Origin: Tubulanus polymorphus
Taxonomy: Eukaryota > Animalia > Nemertea
Reading direction: 5' to 3'
Length of the DNA stretch: 64,000 bases
NCBI RefSeq assembly: GCF_964204645.1
Contig: NC_134035.1
Location: 7,162,451-7,226,450, forward strand
Below are positions 11,901-23,994 of this stretch, piece after piece. The notes below the pieces were generated by a model that saw nothing but the letters and a program-made list of their open reading frames with translations, ran no database searches and was not told where the DNA came from. The position numbers and the translations under genes were made by a program. How positions within the stretch are numbered: position 1 is the stretch's first letter; every line of letters begins with the position of its first letter.

Positions 11901-14900
11901 ATAGCAATGCCAACAGGTTCGAATACCTGCCAGGGAGTATGTTAATGGCTCCTGTTCTTTCCGGCAACGCAGATACTTGTAAAAGAAAACATTTCAACCA
12001 TATATGTCTTGCACACAAAGAAAGGTAATCCTGATAGTGAAACAGGAACCGTAAGGACAGTTACTCAAAACCTAGTATACAATCTACATACCTTCATATC
12101 TATTTCTTCTACCTTTTCATCTAATTCGTCAACTTTATCGTCAAGATTATCCAGACGTTCGTCTGCGACGATCGCGGCTACAGCCAGTTTATCAACTTCT
12201 TCTTTGGTCTTATCAACATCTTCGGTCAGTTGATCAACATTATTTTCAGCCGTGGTAACTCTTGTGTCTAAATCATCGATATCTTCTTGATGTTTTTCAA
12301 CAGTTTTTACGATATTACCTAAGCTGTAGTCGTATTGATTCATTAAATTAAGCTTGTTACAATAATCCCGTTGGCGCTTAGTTATTGTATATGCATTTTA
12401 AGTTGTAAGGTATGACGAAAACCAGTTTTAAAACCCTTACACAACTGGCTAATGGTGGGAATATTTACCTTCGTCCTTCGATTATGTTGATTATATGTTC
12501 AACCGCTTGAGCAAGTCCTCCGTGCTTTTTTGCAAGCGCTTCGAACAGGTTCCGTTCCCTGGTCAGCAATGCCTTATATTCAACTCCGAACTGACCGACT
12601 GCACCAATTCCTGTTACACAGGTTTGAGCATCATCTGTATTCTTTTTCACCCAGTCTATCAAAGCGTTGAATACCTTTTCTGCTACAGGAGAGGGTCTCT
12701 GATAAAAACAATTTAAGTTAAGTGAAGTATCATACATGTCGTGGTCAAGAAACTAGCTAAATATAGTGTTTCATACATTCTTTGTAAACGGGGCATATTA
12801 AACTCCTCGCAAAACCAACTCCGACTGTCTTTTCCAACGTCCCCTTAGACTACACCGCATATAAGACTGTTACACTGTGATCAGACCAAATAGCCAATTA
12901 CCCCTCGGATAGGAGGAGCATAGAAGCCATGACATAAAATGTCAGAAAGTTTAGAGCACTCCAAACATTCGCCTAATCCATATCTTTCAATTTAGAGCCG
13001 TTGCGATGAGTTAATACTTGTAGATATCTTTTAATTAAACTTAGCAAACCTTTTTCGAATTTTTAACTATGCTAGCAAGCATGTAAGGCAACATGGCAGA
13101 TTTCACTTGACTCGCTCCGATCTCTTTTGTTATGATATCCACAGCACTCGGTGATATCGGCGACGGGTCCTTCTGCGCAAGCGTGTTCAACACCATAATC
13201 GCCGATCCGAACCTCGATGGGTCGTTGAAGTCGTGTTTCATTATTTGGTCGATCATTTCTTCTTTTATTATCTGCAGTAGGAGAATTCATAGGCGAGTGT
13301 TATCTCAAAAATTTGTGATAAAAAGATTATCCCATAGGTTTCACAATTGCTGGAATACATAACCGCCTCCCAATATAAGGCAAACGTAATGGTATGATTT
13401 TCAAAATGGACGCTATCATGGCTGCCTACTACCCGATGGTTTGGGCTCATGAAGCGGTTCATCTATAAAGTTCCTTGAGATATTATCCAAACGAACTGAG
13501 AAAATGATTTAGAAAAGTTAAGCAGAGAGATGATTTAGAAAAGGCAAACCACGTGGACTTCGTTCAACAGAAGGTGGCTCTATGTTTGTCTTTGGAGGTA
13601 ATTTTGAGAGTTGGAAATACTGGTATTTAGATAGAACTTGAAACATACTGACGGATTCTCACTCGCTATGGCGTTCAGTAAAATAGCCCAGTATTGTCTG
13701 CAGTCTCCTTTCGCAACCGCTTGAAGCTCGTCTAACTTAGCTTCGACAGGCTTCGGACATTCGGGATACACGGCAGCGATTACACCTAAAATCACGATTC
13801 GTTTGAATAAATATTTCGAGTGTTTCAATATCATTCGATTATTACATTATATGTCTCATGTATTTTACCGAATAGATCAGTTTTTTCGTCCACAATTACT
13901 AATCCTATGATTTCATTCAATATTTTCGCTAATATCACTGGTTGAGTTCGTGATATTAGTTCTAAAACTGTTTTCATACAGTTCGACAGATCTTCGTCCT
14001 CGTCGTTTAGTAGTTTAACTATGTGTCCGAAAAGTGGTTCGAGTACTTGCAGTGTACAGCTCTGAGCGTGCTACAATATACAAAACAATAAGCCTTTCGA
14101 ATTGAATCCTGTCCCATTTCGAACACTAGGCTCTGCTCTGTTGATGTTACGTCAACTAGTCCTACAGAGCCGAGCGATCATTTTCCAACAAAAATTAAGG
14201 GTCTTTTTAAATCTAAGATGATCGTTCTTATTAATTTCACGATAACTTCTATGAATTCATGAAATAGAGGACATCCACAACGTTCATCATTTTTACAATT
14301 GGTGTAAGGGGTACCTTAGAAGTATAAACAGGTAAGCATTGTAATGTCAATAGGCCATACGTATTTTTGTTGCCGCTTGAATAGTCCATATAGTCACGCG
14401 TTAGACATTGCTCGTAGATATAAGTGAAAGACTCACTATAGGCCATCAGCTCAGTACCATCTCTATAATTGATGATAAAGATAACAACTGTACAAAAGAC
14501 GTTCTTATTTTAACAATGATAATATGGAATTAATACCACTTTCACAGTTGTGAGTTAGGATTTGTAAACTTTGTAAATGTTGGGGAATATGAACCTCTCC
14601 TCTGCAACCATGGATAGGTCTAGGTTTTATACGATGATTTTTCTTAAATGAAACTCACTCGCAGACCTTGAACACAGCGTCGAGCAGGTGACTAACCACT
14701 TTATGGCACCAACCAATCTCAAAATCAAAATCCTCCTTTATCAAACGCGCTAATGTTGTAACCACATCCTTTATGAAGTGTTTATGTTTCTGTAAGATAT
14801 TCATCGTCAGTTTCATCTTTCATTCTTTTAGAAATTAACAGAGTATTTTATGTAGTGCAGTTACCTTTAAATCGACGAATTCGCACGTTTCTCTCGCGAT

Positions 14901-17900
14901 GTTGATCAAATACGGCGAACCGGACTTAAGAGATTCTAACGAAAATCTAAATATTTCTTCTTGATAATGATTTACAACGCGTGAACTCCTGTCAATTATA
15001 AAACAATTCAATGATTACCAATGAAATCTAAGAGAATTTATATATTGGTATATTATCTGAAATGAATATATTCTGAAATAAAGTTTTAGATAATCGGAAG
15101 CCTGCTCGATAGTGCAAGTTATGACTCGAAGTTTTGCCTAAGCACTGTGACGTGGCATAATTTAATTAGATTTCTTACTCTCGTAATGGGGAATTAATTT
15201 GTCATTCGTCTCGTTCGCGAATTATTGAGTCATAGCGTATAACATTTGAATAGGTATTCATTTCCCGTTCATGGTTGCACACATAGACATTGTTTTGGCA
15301 GATTGAACTTTGTAAATATGGTCTATAGCTTACTGTAATGATTCAAGGAAATCTTCGATGAAATCAGCTATAGAGCTCGCTGTCCAAAAGTCCTCGTGCT
15401 CCAGTTCGTCTGGAGTAAGGTTCTTGTAGGCCGACGTCGCCAAGGCTATCATTCCGTCAAACACAGGCCTTGCGCCTTCCACATCATCCTGGAGCATTAA
15501 TAGATGAAATAGACTTTAGTCGAAACAAGGTTTCTTAAACATTACGGGGAAATATGGTGCCAAATTCTGCCGCTGGGATTTGGGTGGAGTGAACGAGATC
15601 CTACCTTCCAGCGCATCATGTCTTTGTAATGTTCGATCATTCTATCGCAGGCCGACGCTATTTCTTTCTTCGGTTTAGTTACCAACATTCCCATATACGA
15701 GGCCCACAATCTTTGTACCTTTTTGTTCCTAATTGATAATCGCAGTAGGTAAGTACAAAACTCAAACCCGAAGAGAGTCACGAGTAAAAAACGAGTATTC
15801 AAAGTTTTGTAAAAACATACAGGAGGGAATTGATTTCAAAGATATTGTGATTGTTTTAGGAATTTCTTTCAAAATTCAAAACTGGCAAATGTTTGTTTCT
15901 TTTGTTTCGCTTCAAATCTAGGCTTGGTGCATACAGCAAAAAATTGAACACAAACAGAACAGCGCTTCTGGCGTGTTTCGTGGCTGTGAACACGGTCTTC
16001 GCGACACCCTTTTTTCAAAAGTTGGTTTCACGAAATCCGAAAAACTTATTTCGATTGGTGTCTGCTTTCTCTAAAAACAAGGAACATTCTTCAGCTTAAG
16101 CCTGGCGCACACAACAGAAAAACCTCGAAACAAGTCGGATATAGTATGATCCTTTCTTATTCTCTGTTAAGCGGTGATGTCGGTTTGTTTGCCGTATAGG
16201 ATAGCGGTCGAACAAAACATTGGAACGCATGAACACAAAATCCGTTCTCTTGTTTCGTGTGTTTCTTGTTGTACGCGTGCTAACTTTTGCTGTCTTCACT
16301 CTCCGAATGGAGCAGACTTGTTTCTACAACATAAGTTTCCTTCATTCCGTGTTTCGTGTTTAACTTACTGCTCTTTGTTGCCGTGGCTCACTTTACAAGC
16401 CGCATCCAGAAAATCTGTGTATCGCGCGATTACCTTCGCCAACAATCTATAGTTTTTCAACGAATGTCCTAAATCTGTCATTTTCTGGATGTATTCTTCA
16501 AACAATTGTTCGTTATCCTTCAATACGAAGACTATTATATGAGCGTTTGGCGGGTTTTTACAGTATGCTTATGACATGTAATATGGTCATCCCTTCCGTA
16601 AAGGATATAAATAATAACGAGAGGATCGAAATTCACAGCATTCATATCAAACAGATCAGAACATTCTGCCTTAATATCATATAAAATGACCAGGAAACTC
16701 CTCCAGAATGCTGAATCTGTTTCCCAAATGTTATAGATTTGATTGAGGCGGGTACCTGAGATAGGCCTACCTGAATATATGGACGAAGCTCATCGCTGTC
16801 AAGACGTCGATAGAAAGTAGTCACGCTATCCAGGAGATCTTTTGCCAATTTAGTTGGTTCGTGGTCTACGGCCACCTCTAAAAGCCGAAACACCGTCGCA
16901 ATCTGCTTCAAACATATTTCTTTGCTGGATCTAGAAATACATGTCATATTGTAAGTTCTCCATTCGTAGAACATAATATGATACATTTAGGTATACTTTG
17001 CGACAACATCAATTACAATTGCGTTTATTTCAATCTTCAACGTATTTCTACCGCTGACAAATGAAAATGAATATATTCCTTTATGGAAAGAAACGTATAT
17101 ACAAGATTTTCTATCACGTTTAGACTGGTATTAATTCACCTTATATTCAAGATTCTATAATTTATCACCAAGCAGTAAAACTTACAGTGCAGATTTTATA
17201 TAAGACTTTATTTGATCGATCACATTTTCGACTTTGTCTTCATCTTCAATAAACTTTTCATCTTGGATTATTTTGATGATTCCTTCAATGTTGAATGGGT
17301 CTCCCGGTTGCTGTCACAAAAGAAATGTTTCATATTCAAATTTCTCGGTAATGATAAACGAAAACATTCTCGAAAAGTTCTCCCACTCATAATGTTCATT
17401 GCATATCTTATCTTACCTTAAGTATTTCAGCTTGAATCTCATCTTCCAATTCACGATCCAACAAACGGCAGACGTCCTGATAAACACTGGCCATATCAGA
17501 TGAAAGATTTGAATCGTTGGACTTGCGTTGGTAATACACGTACAGCTCCGTAGTCTCAGTAAGTACATTCCTATACTGGGTTTCACTGCGAATATGAATA
17601 TTCATGAAATTAATGTTTGAAAATGATAATATTGTTTCGATGAACTGACAACCGTAGAAATAGGTCTAGGTTTTTTCTCACGTACATATCTTAGGAATTT
17701 AAGAAAGCAAGCGATGCGCTTTGTATCTTACTGAGACCAGACTAGTCATAATAGATTAATCGCATTGAAGACGACACTGTCGATATACGTAGGCCTTTAT
17801 CAAGCCTTTGTTTATTTCACAGCGTTTTGAAATGAGTTTTGTCCCAATGAACTATTATAGATATACCTGATATAATCGAATATATAATTCCTCAGCAAAT

Positions 17901-19122
17901 CGCTGACCCATGAACTGTAGAAATCATCCGTGGTTTCCACGTGTTTCTCGGGTATGAATTCACGCATTAAGATCCTCAGTAATTTCTTAAGCTGTTCAGA
18001 ATCTAATTTGTCCTGCAGAAAACGTGGATATGATTCTATGCCACGGTAAAGCAATGGTAAAAAAAGCAAGTGACGTCTGATTTTGGTTTTATGAAAACTT
18101 AGGCTCGAAATTCAACATTAAATCAATTAGCAGCTGGACTGTAAATCAAATAAACGTTTAAAAGTATTCTTCGCACACAATCGTGGGAAAAAGCTGCATG
18201 AAAACGCATGAATAATGAGGGTTGTTTTTCTTCAAATTGTGGGTGTGTGCTTCTTCTTCATATTCAATGCCTTTGTTAACTTTAGTCATGAAAATGGTAT
18301 CAAGATGGTTTACGATAGATCCAGAAATTGTACATACTTAAAAATTTTGATTTTGGAAATTGTGGATTGTTTGTTCTTTATCGCTGTTAGCGGATGATTA
18401 CATCGCGTTTTCCATCATACCAGTATTTGTAGGAATACAGATTTCTTCTGGGTTTTTATTAGACCTATCAATATCTATTCACCGTCGCGACATACCTCCA
18501 TGTATTCTTTCATTTCAAAGCGTCGGAATATCTCGCGTATCAATTCTATATGGGTTGAACCCGGTCCAGCAGTAAGCAGGTGCACGACCAAATCATAGAT
18601 TAATGGGTAGAATTCGTCTGCAACCGAATCCTCAAAATCACTTTCAAATAGAAAACAATCTTTTATACGCGTTTGATATGCCGCCGATGCACGTCTGTCC
18701 TATGTTTTCATTTTTCTTACTTATCTGTAAGTCCATATCGCAGATTACAACTTAATGATCGTTAATGTAAAGCACTAGGCCTCTGATAGATCAGAACACT
18801 ATACATGTTTATATTCTAGAAACAATTCTAAGAATGTTCAGATTATCTTTAATTATTCATAAGCGATGACGATTATCATCGTTAAATTCAAACCTTACTC
18901 ATGTTTCGATTTAATCCATTGCAGAGCGGCAATGGCCATCGTCCCTGGTGGAGTTGAGTAGCGTGGATAACCTGGTGCACACACCGCATCTCGCAGGTAT
19001 TCTATCTCCCCGATTAGTTGTGCGCTCGAAACTTCTCGATAACCTTCCTCGTCGTCCCTAAGGAGATCTTCGTCATCCTCGCTCGCATCTTTAAAACGAT
19101 ACCGCGGAAGAAATTTCGCCAT
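8975..19122 (-). CDS. Multi-exon gene, about 1500 aa: ARM/HEAT-like helical region - coiled coil - Death domain - TIR - TIR - CaaX
   Basis: There are 22 GT-AG exons with consistent phases: 19122-18899, 18640-18496, 18012-17867, 17585-17417, 17310-17186, 16930-16771, 16517-16369, 15728-15605, 15488-15334, 14988-14865, 14789-14659, 14462-14315, 14070-13869, 13785-13649, 13271-13050, 12698-12469, 12323-12092, 11527-11254, 10813-10554, 10323-10086, 10000-9921, 9802-8975. They sum to 4503 nt (1500 aa plus stop). A minus-strand AATAAA lies near 8710. The C-terminal domains are clear; the N-terminal fold and the exon 7 boundaries are less certain. Confidence 0.85.
9360..9765 (-). other. TIR domain 2 (TIR_2-type)
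   Basis: VFISYQW...[62 protein letters not shown]. The Glu codon is at 9553-9551. Confidence 0.92.
10130..10770 (-). other. TIR domain 1 (TIR_2-type, split by one intron)
   Basis: VFLSYQW...[62 protein letters not shown]. The Glu codon is at 10556-10554. Confidence 0.92.
11254..11527 (-). other. Death domain exon
   Basis: LLNPEAEHDWRLLAQRLGYNPTDIRGW...PCMSLLSEW...VLEILVEIDRLDAAIVIEE shows the Death-fold motifs DWRxLAxxLG, LLxxW and LxxIxRxD. Confidence 0.88.
11625..11940. mobile_element. Palindromic repeat with tRNA-like arms, copy 1 (intronic)
   Basis: The left arm ctgcagggatccgaacctgatgacatcg and the right arm ggtctagtgtggtaggg...aggttcgaatacctgc are inverted. The core is shared with 42705-42980 and 58603-58935. 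Confidence 0.65.
12092..12323 (-). other. Acidic coiled-coil exon
   Basis: Nine clean heptads: IDDLDTR VTTAENN VDQLTED VDKTKEE VDKLAVA AIVADER LDNLDDK VDELDEK VEEIDMK. Confidence 0.85.
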
Positions 19123-19956
19123 TTTTGTCGTTCACTTACTTATTAGTTCTTTCATACTGAATACAATTTTCATGCACCGTTCTACCCGGTAGTAATTGTC
19201 ACTATGCGCATACGTCATTCCGTGCTATGTTTATATTTCAAAACGTTTCATTTCGATAACCTGTTTTCCTGTGTTAACGTTCCCCTTATTCAAGCAGTAG
19301 GTTGGTGTATTTACTGGCGTAGAACACAAATGTGATCGAATGGCAAACGACCGTACGTTTTACTTTTTGTCTGATTAATCCATGAGCTGTAATAGCTAAA
19401 GGTTGGCTACGTTCTATGTACTGTAGTAGCTTGGGATACAGCTGATCGTTTGCCTGGTTGCTATTCGCGACAATCACACGATACCGGTACTTTAATCATC
19501 GATGTACGCTTCATTCTGATTCTGATTATTCTTTTGTTCAACGGCATAGTTTAGCTGCTATTCGAAAAAAATTGTTATATTACCATTGAAGCTGAAACTA
19601 TAACCAGATGAATGCAGACTTTGCATGAATGAAACTTTTATCAGAAACGGCGAATCGAATGAACAATCTGTGACGTTTGATGGATGATTCGGGCCATTTG
19701 AAAAATCAAGGACTTCCCGGTGACAATAAGCCAGCGGTGTTAGAACTAGCCACACATTTACAGGCGCGGATCAAGGATTTTTTCTAGGAGGGGGTTCATA
19801 AAACATGTTAATGTTAAACTGCCGACTAAAATCTCTAATGATAGGTGGCCTATACGGCATGTTGTTTGGCCCAACATAAGATGATATGGTACTGATTATG
19901 TGGTACCGTCCGCATTTGTCTTGAGTTCATCCCTTCATGAAAACGATAATAAAATC

Positions 19957-21340
19957 TTAGCATCTTAGCATTTGAGTGTTAGTACGAAGGTCGAAAAGGG
20001 AGATGTTGCCGTTAAGTAGGAAGTTTATCTTATTGGTTTCAGTGAGATTTGAGATGTGATCAGTTATTTTATTGTCGAATGAGGAAAACAGAGCGTCGAT
20101 TTTTGTTTTGTGACCAGGTGACTGGCATTTAAGCATAAAGTGTTTAGTGTTAGCTGGTTTGTTACATAAGTTGCATGTAGGATTACGGACATTGATAAAG
20201 TTGTGAACATAAAATTGAGATTTTAAAAGGTCGGCGCGTAATCGGTTAAGTGAAATTTCTTCATCGCAGTTTATGTCCTTAAACAAGTAGGTTGGAACAG
20301 CAGTCGAAACTTGATGTTTGATACGAGACTTGAATATGGAAAGCGTAGTCAGCGAGCGAAGATTATTGTCGGTGTTGTTCCAGGTGTCTATGAGTAAAAA
20401 GGATGGGGACGAACGAATTTCCGCACTAGTACCGGCTGGTATGGTGAAGGGTCGAGGATTTCTGATGAAGCGAGGTCGAGCCGATTTGTATGTATTAAAG
20501 ATAGTAGAGACGTAAGTGGGAATATTTCCTGATGAGACTCGGTACATATATGTTTGAAGTCGTTCTTTCCTACGAGTATCGAGTGTTTTCCAGTTGAGAC
20601 AAGAAAAGACTTTGCTAGAATTCGAGCCACGGATACACCCGGAAACGCAAGGAGCTGCTGAGTAGTGGACTCGGTCCAGTTTTGCGAGGGAGGCTTTACT
20701 TGCACTGTTGTACAATATGCCTCCATAGTCGATATGAGGGCTAATGAAGGACGAGTAAATCTTATTGAGATGACGGGATGTAACAAACCGGGATAAGTGC
20801 TTCAGTGGATTTATTTATTTTTGCACCTTATTTGCTAGAGACTCCACATGATCATTAAACGAGAGATTCTCGTCAAAGATGAATCCTAAATGTTTGTGAG
20901 TTTTTTGCTCGGAACGACTTCGTTTCCCAACTTTTTAGAGCCTTTCTTACTAAAAATCATATCGACGCTTTTCGATGGTTTAAAGGATAGGCACCATGTT
21001 TGTGACCACTCAAAGATCTTATTTAGGTCCGATTGTAGTATAGAGTAGCGGGGTTTTCTGGGTCAATTGGGATGTAAAGAGAGGTGTCGTCTGCATAAAG
21101 GAAAGTTGGCTCAAGTCCATTAAAGCATTAAATAGTTCCAAGTGAGACTTATCACATTGGACTGGTATTTGGCTCATTGGGTTGTAGACATTGTCGACGA
21201 GTAGAAACGGTCGCAGCCGAATATTCACAGTATAAAGAACAAGATTCTCTAGTACAGGCAATGATTGAAAATTCGCGGATCAGCTACCAAAATAGGTGGA
21301 AGATGCTTTGTGTACGTTTAAAAGATTTATATAGACGTAT
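19957..21340 (-). mobile_element. Degenerate non-LTR retrotransposon (CR1/L2-like) ORF2 3' part
   Basis: Post-RT segment (...PHIDYGGILYNSAS..LAKLDRVH..AA; WKTLDTRRKER; WN.L...FKS), a C-terminal CCHC-like CNLCNK..HFMLKC, and upstream KHLGF- and YADD-region-like remnants. It carries frameshifts. Confidence 0.8.
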
Positions 21341-21637
21341 ATGTGTTTTTGTCTCCTAGTAAACCAGTCAATCAAGAGAACGATAACAGTGTTCTTTGAT
21401 GACGATAATTCATAGCTGTCACCTTTTATACAATTTTTTACAATCTTTATTTTCTATATTTAGGCAACATTCATCCCAGAATAAGAAAGAAAAATGAGCC
21501 CGAAATGTATCCTTGAGTTAATTAATGGTAATCCAACTAGTCATCTTCAGGAATACTGAATGTCACTGCACCTGGAAACATTTCAGCCTCGTTCTTTTTT
21601 TTCTTATTGTGCGACTCCACATCATCGTTACGTTTCA

Positions 21638-23234
21638 TCAATGATTTAAAGTTTCAATCTGTTGACTGATGAGCGGTTTCGTCACAGGAATTTTTAACTG
21701 ACCAGGCGATGTAAGATTCATTTTATCATCAGGATCCTCCCCTTCCTCCTCAAGCTCCGAAACCACTTCACACCGCCTGTGTTCATTGCAGCTCTTCCAC
21801 CACGTTTTCAACAAAATCATTACGGAACAGATTATAGAAACGGCAGTGAAATAAAGCGAATATTTGTAATCACCACTGGTAGAATAAATCCACCCGGCGA
21901 TCGGTGCTCCGATGATCAGTCCTATACCGCAGGTGAAACTGAGATAGGCGAATCCAATTTCAAATCGCTCGTAGCCAACAATATCAGTTGTTATTGCCGG
22001 CGATAATACTCCATAAGGTACCGACATAAAACTAGTTACACAACCGAATATAAGCATTATCCAGAACTTATTCGTTACTGTCATTAGTATTACACATATT
22101 GCCATTATCATATAGGATAATAGCATCTGAGAAAATAAGTGTACTTTCTTTATATGAGCGATTGGACCTTGAATAACACGACCTGCTAGATTAGCAATAC
22201 CGTATCCCATTAAAAATCGACTTGCTTTTAATTTACTGACGTTCGTTTGGTGCTGCACCAGAGCCGTCAGATGCACGAACATTACTGATAACGCCATCGC
22301 AAAAAGAAACCCGTTGATGAGCAATAGTAAGAAAGGTACAAATTTCAACATCGACAACTGTAAGACGTTCTTTTTGGTTTTTGGTTGTTCGTGCTGTTTT
22401 AGTTTTGGAACCAGGCGAATCATTACTCCGCATACCGTCAGATTAAGAGACATACCAGCTAGTATCAATATGCTACCGCGCCAACCATATGCTACAATAG
22501 TTGATTCAATTATTAGTGGCATAACAATCGTTCCTAATCCTATTCCGGATATTGCAAATCCCTGCGCTAATGACTGTTTTTCAGGGAAAAATGTAGGTGC
22601 GATGACTAGTAACGGCGTGAATGCAATACCGTAACCAAATCCTGAAAAATATACATAGGTAAAGCAGTGACCGATTCTTGACCGAAATGAACTTCAAAAT
22701 CCACCACTTACCTGTCATGATACCGAATGTAATTATCAAAACATGGATATTGTTTGCAAATACGGCTGACAACATTCCGGCAAACGAAACAATTCCGGCA
22801 AATATAAATACCCAGCTATATCCAATGTAACTGACTAGGACACTAGCCAATGGACCTGAAAAATAAACGAGTCAATATACTAGTATTACATCTCGTCTGA
22901 TTTTCTCATATCCTAACGTATTTTTGTAACTCTCAACTCTAACTACTCTGAGCTCGGGCCAATTTTGTCATCTTATCGGTCACCTCTTGTCAATATGATT
23001 GCTATACTACTACATATTTCATATGTAATATGTTTAGTGTATTTAGTTGAATAACATACCGAGCAAAGACGACAGACCGATATTTAACGATGCTACAATA
23101 CTCGTTAACGAATAACTCTCATCAAACGACTCAATCCATTCGACGTAATAAATACTCGTAGAGTATGAGATTCCAGTTGTAACGAATCCTGCAATAAACG
23201 ACGATACAACGACAATCCAGCGTGTTTCTGGCAT
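21638..23234 (-). CDS. Monocarboxylate transporter-like MFS protein (SLC16 family), about 440 aa, 3 coding exons
   Basis: Exons 23234-23060, 22855-22712 and 22641-21638 join in phase. The N-terminus WIVVVSSF...G and GFGYG..FTP.L...FFPEK..LA.G...SG.GLG are typical of SLC16, and there are about 12 hydrophobic segments. The start codon could lie further upstream. Confidence 0.88.
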
Positions 23235-23619
23235 GGGACAGGTTTTTGTTTCCACGTTGTAGCAATAGCAATATTCACATATAAGCCCAGGTAAAATTTA
23301 TTCGGTCTGAAAAACTGGTTCTTGCGATCGTCATTTATCAACAATAAAATGTGACATTTATTGTACAATCGTTATTAGACCTGTTTAATCCGACGCTATA
23401 CTGAGCCCGTTTGTTCGGTTATACAAAACACCATCCACAAGTCAGTTTTCTTCGACGATAGGTTCGTTCTATGTAATTGTATGACAAAGTGATGCAATAA
23501 CCCAGATTTTTGTAATTTCAAAAGATGGCAAAAATCAACATAGTTGATCACTTATCAACATAGGTAGCAATGGGGTAACGGTGCCGCTACTGTGGCAAGT
23601 GATGGCATTAGTGACGAAT

Positions 23620-23830
23620 TTGCATCAGTCTATTGTAATAATTGGCGCCCGCCGTCCCAGAGAAAACGCTTGGGTCAGGGACTGTCATCGAGTTCATGGG
23701 GATTGAGCTGGATTCCGTGAGCATGCAAGCATGCTTACCCCGAGATAAACTGGACAGGTATCGCTTACTTCTTGGTGAGCTACGAAGAGTAACTTTACGG
23801 GTGTTGCAATCAGTTCTGAGCCTCCTACAT
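23620..23830 (+). mobile_element. DIRS/Ngaro-type retrotransposon RT fragment
   Basis: PEKTLGSGTVIEFMGIELDSVSMQACLPRDKL resembles the DIRS RT C-terminal motif EKT.GP...EFLGI.LD...M...LP.DKL. It is truncated at the duplication edge. Confidence 0.65.
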
Positions 23831-23994
23831 TGATGTCAGTTCGACCTGAGGTTCTTAACAAAAAGAAACAGACAAACGATTTTGGTTATGTTATGTCAGC
23901 TATTTAGGTTTATTCATTTCGAATTCATTCTAACTCAATTAATTGAAATATTTCTATGACATTCTATACTGGATTATAGCTGATAATTTTTGAT

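Noticed and set aside
16520-16710. Extra exon or frameshift in the TIR gene
   Set aside because: The open stretch here does not fit the splice phases. Joining 16771 to 16517 keeps the frame, so I treated it as intron.
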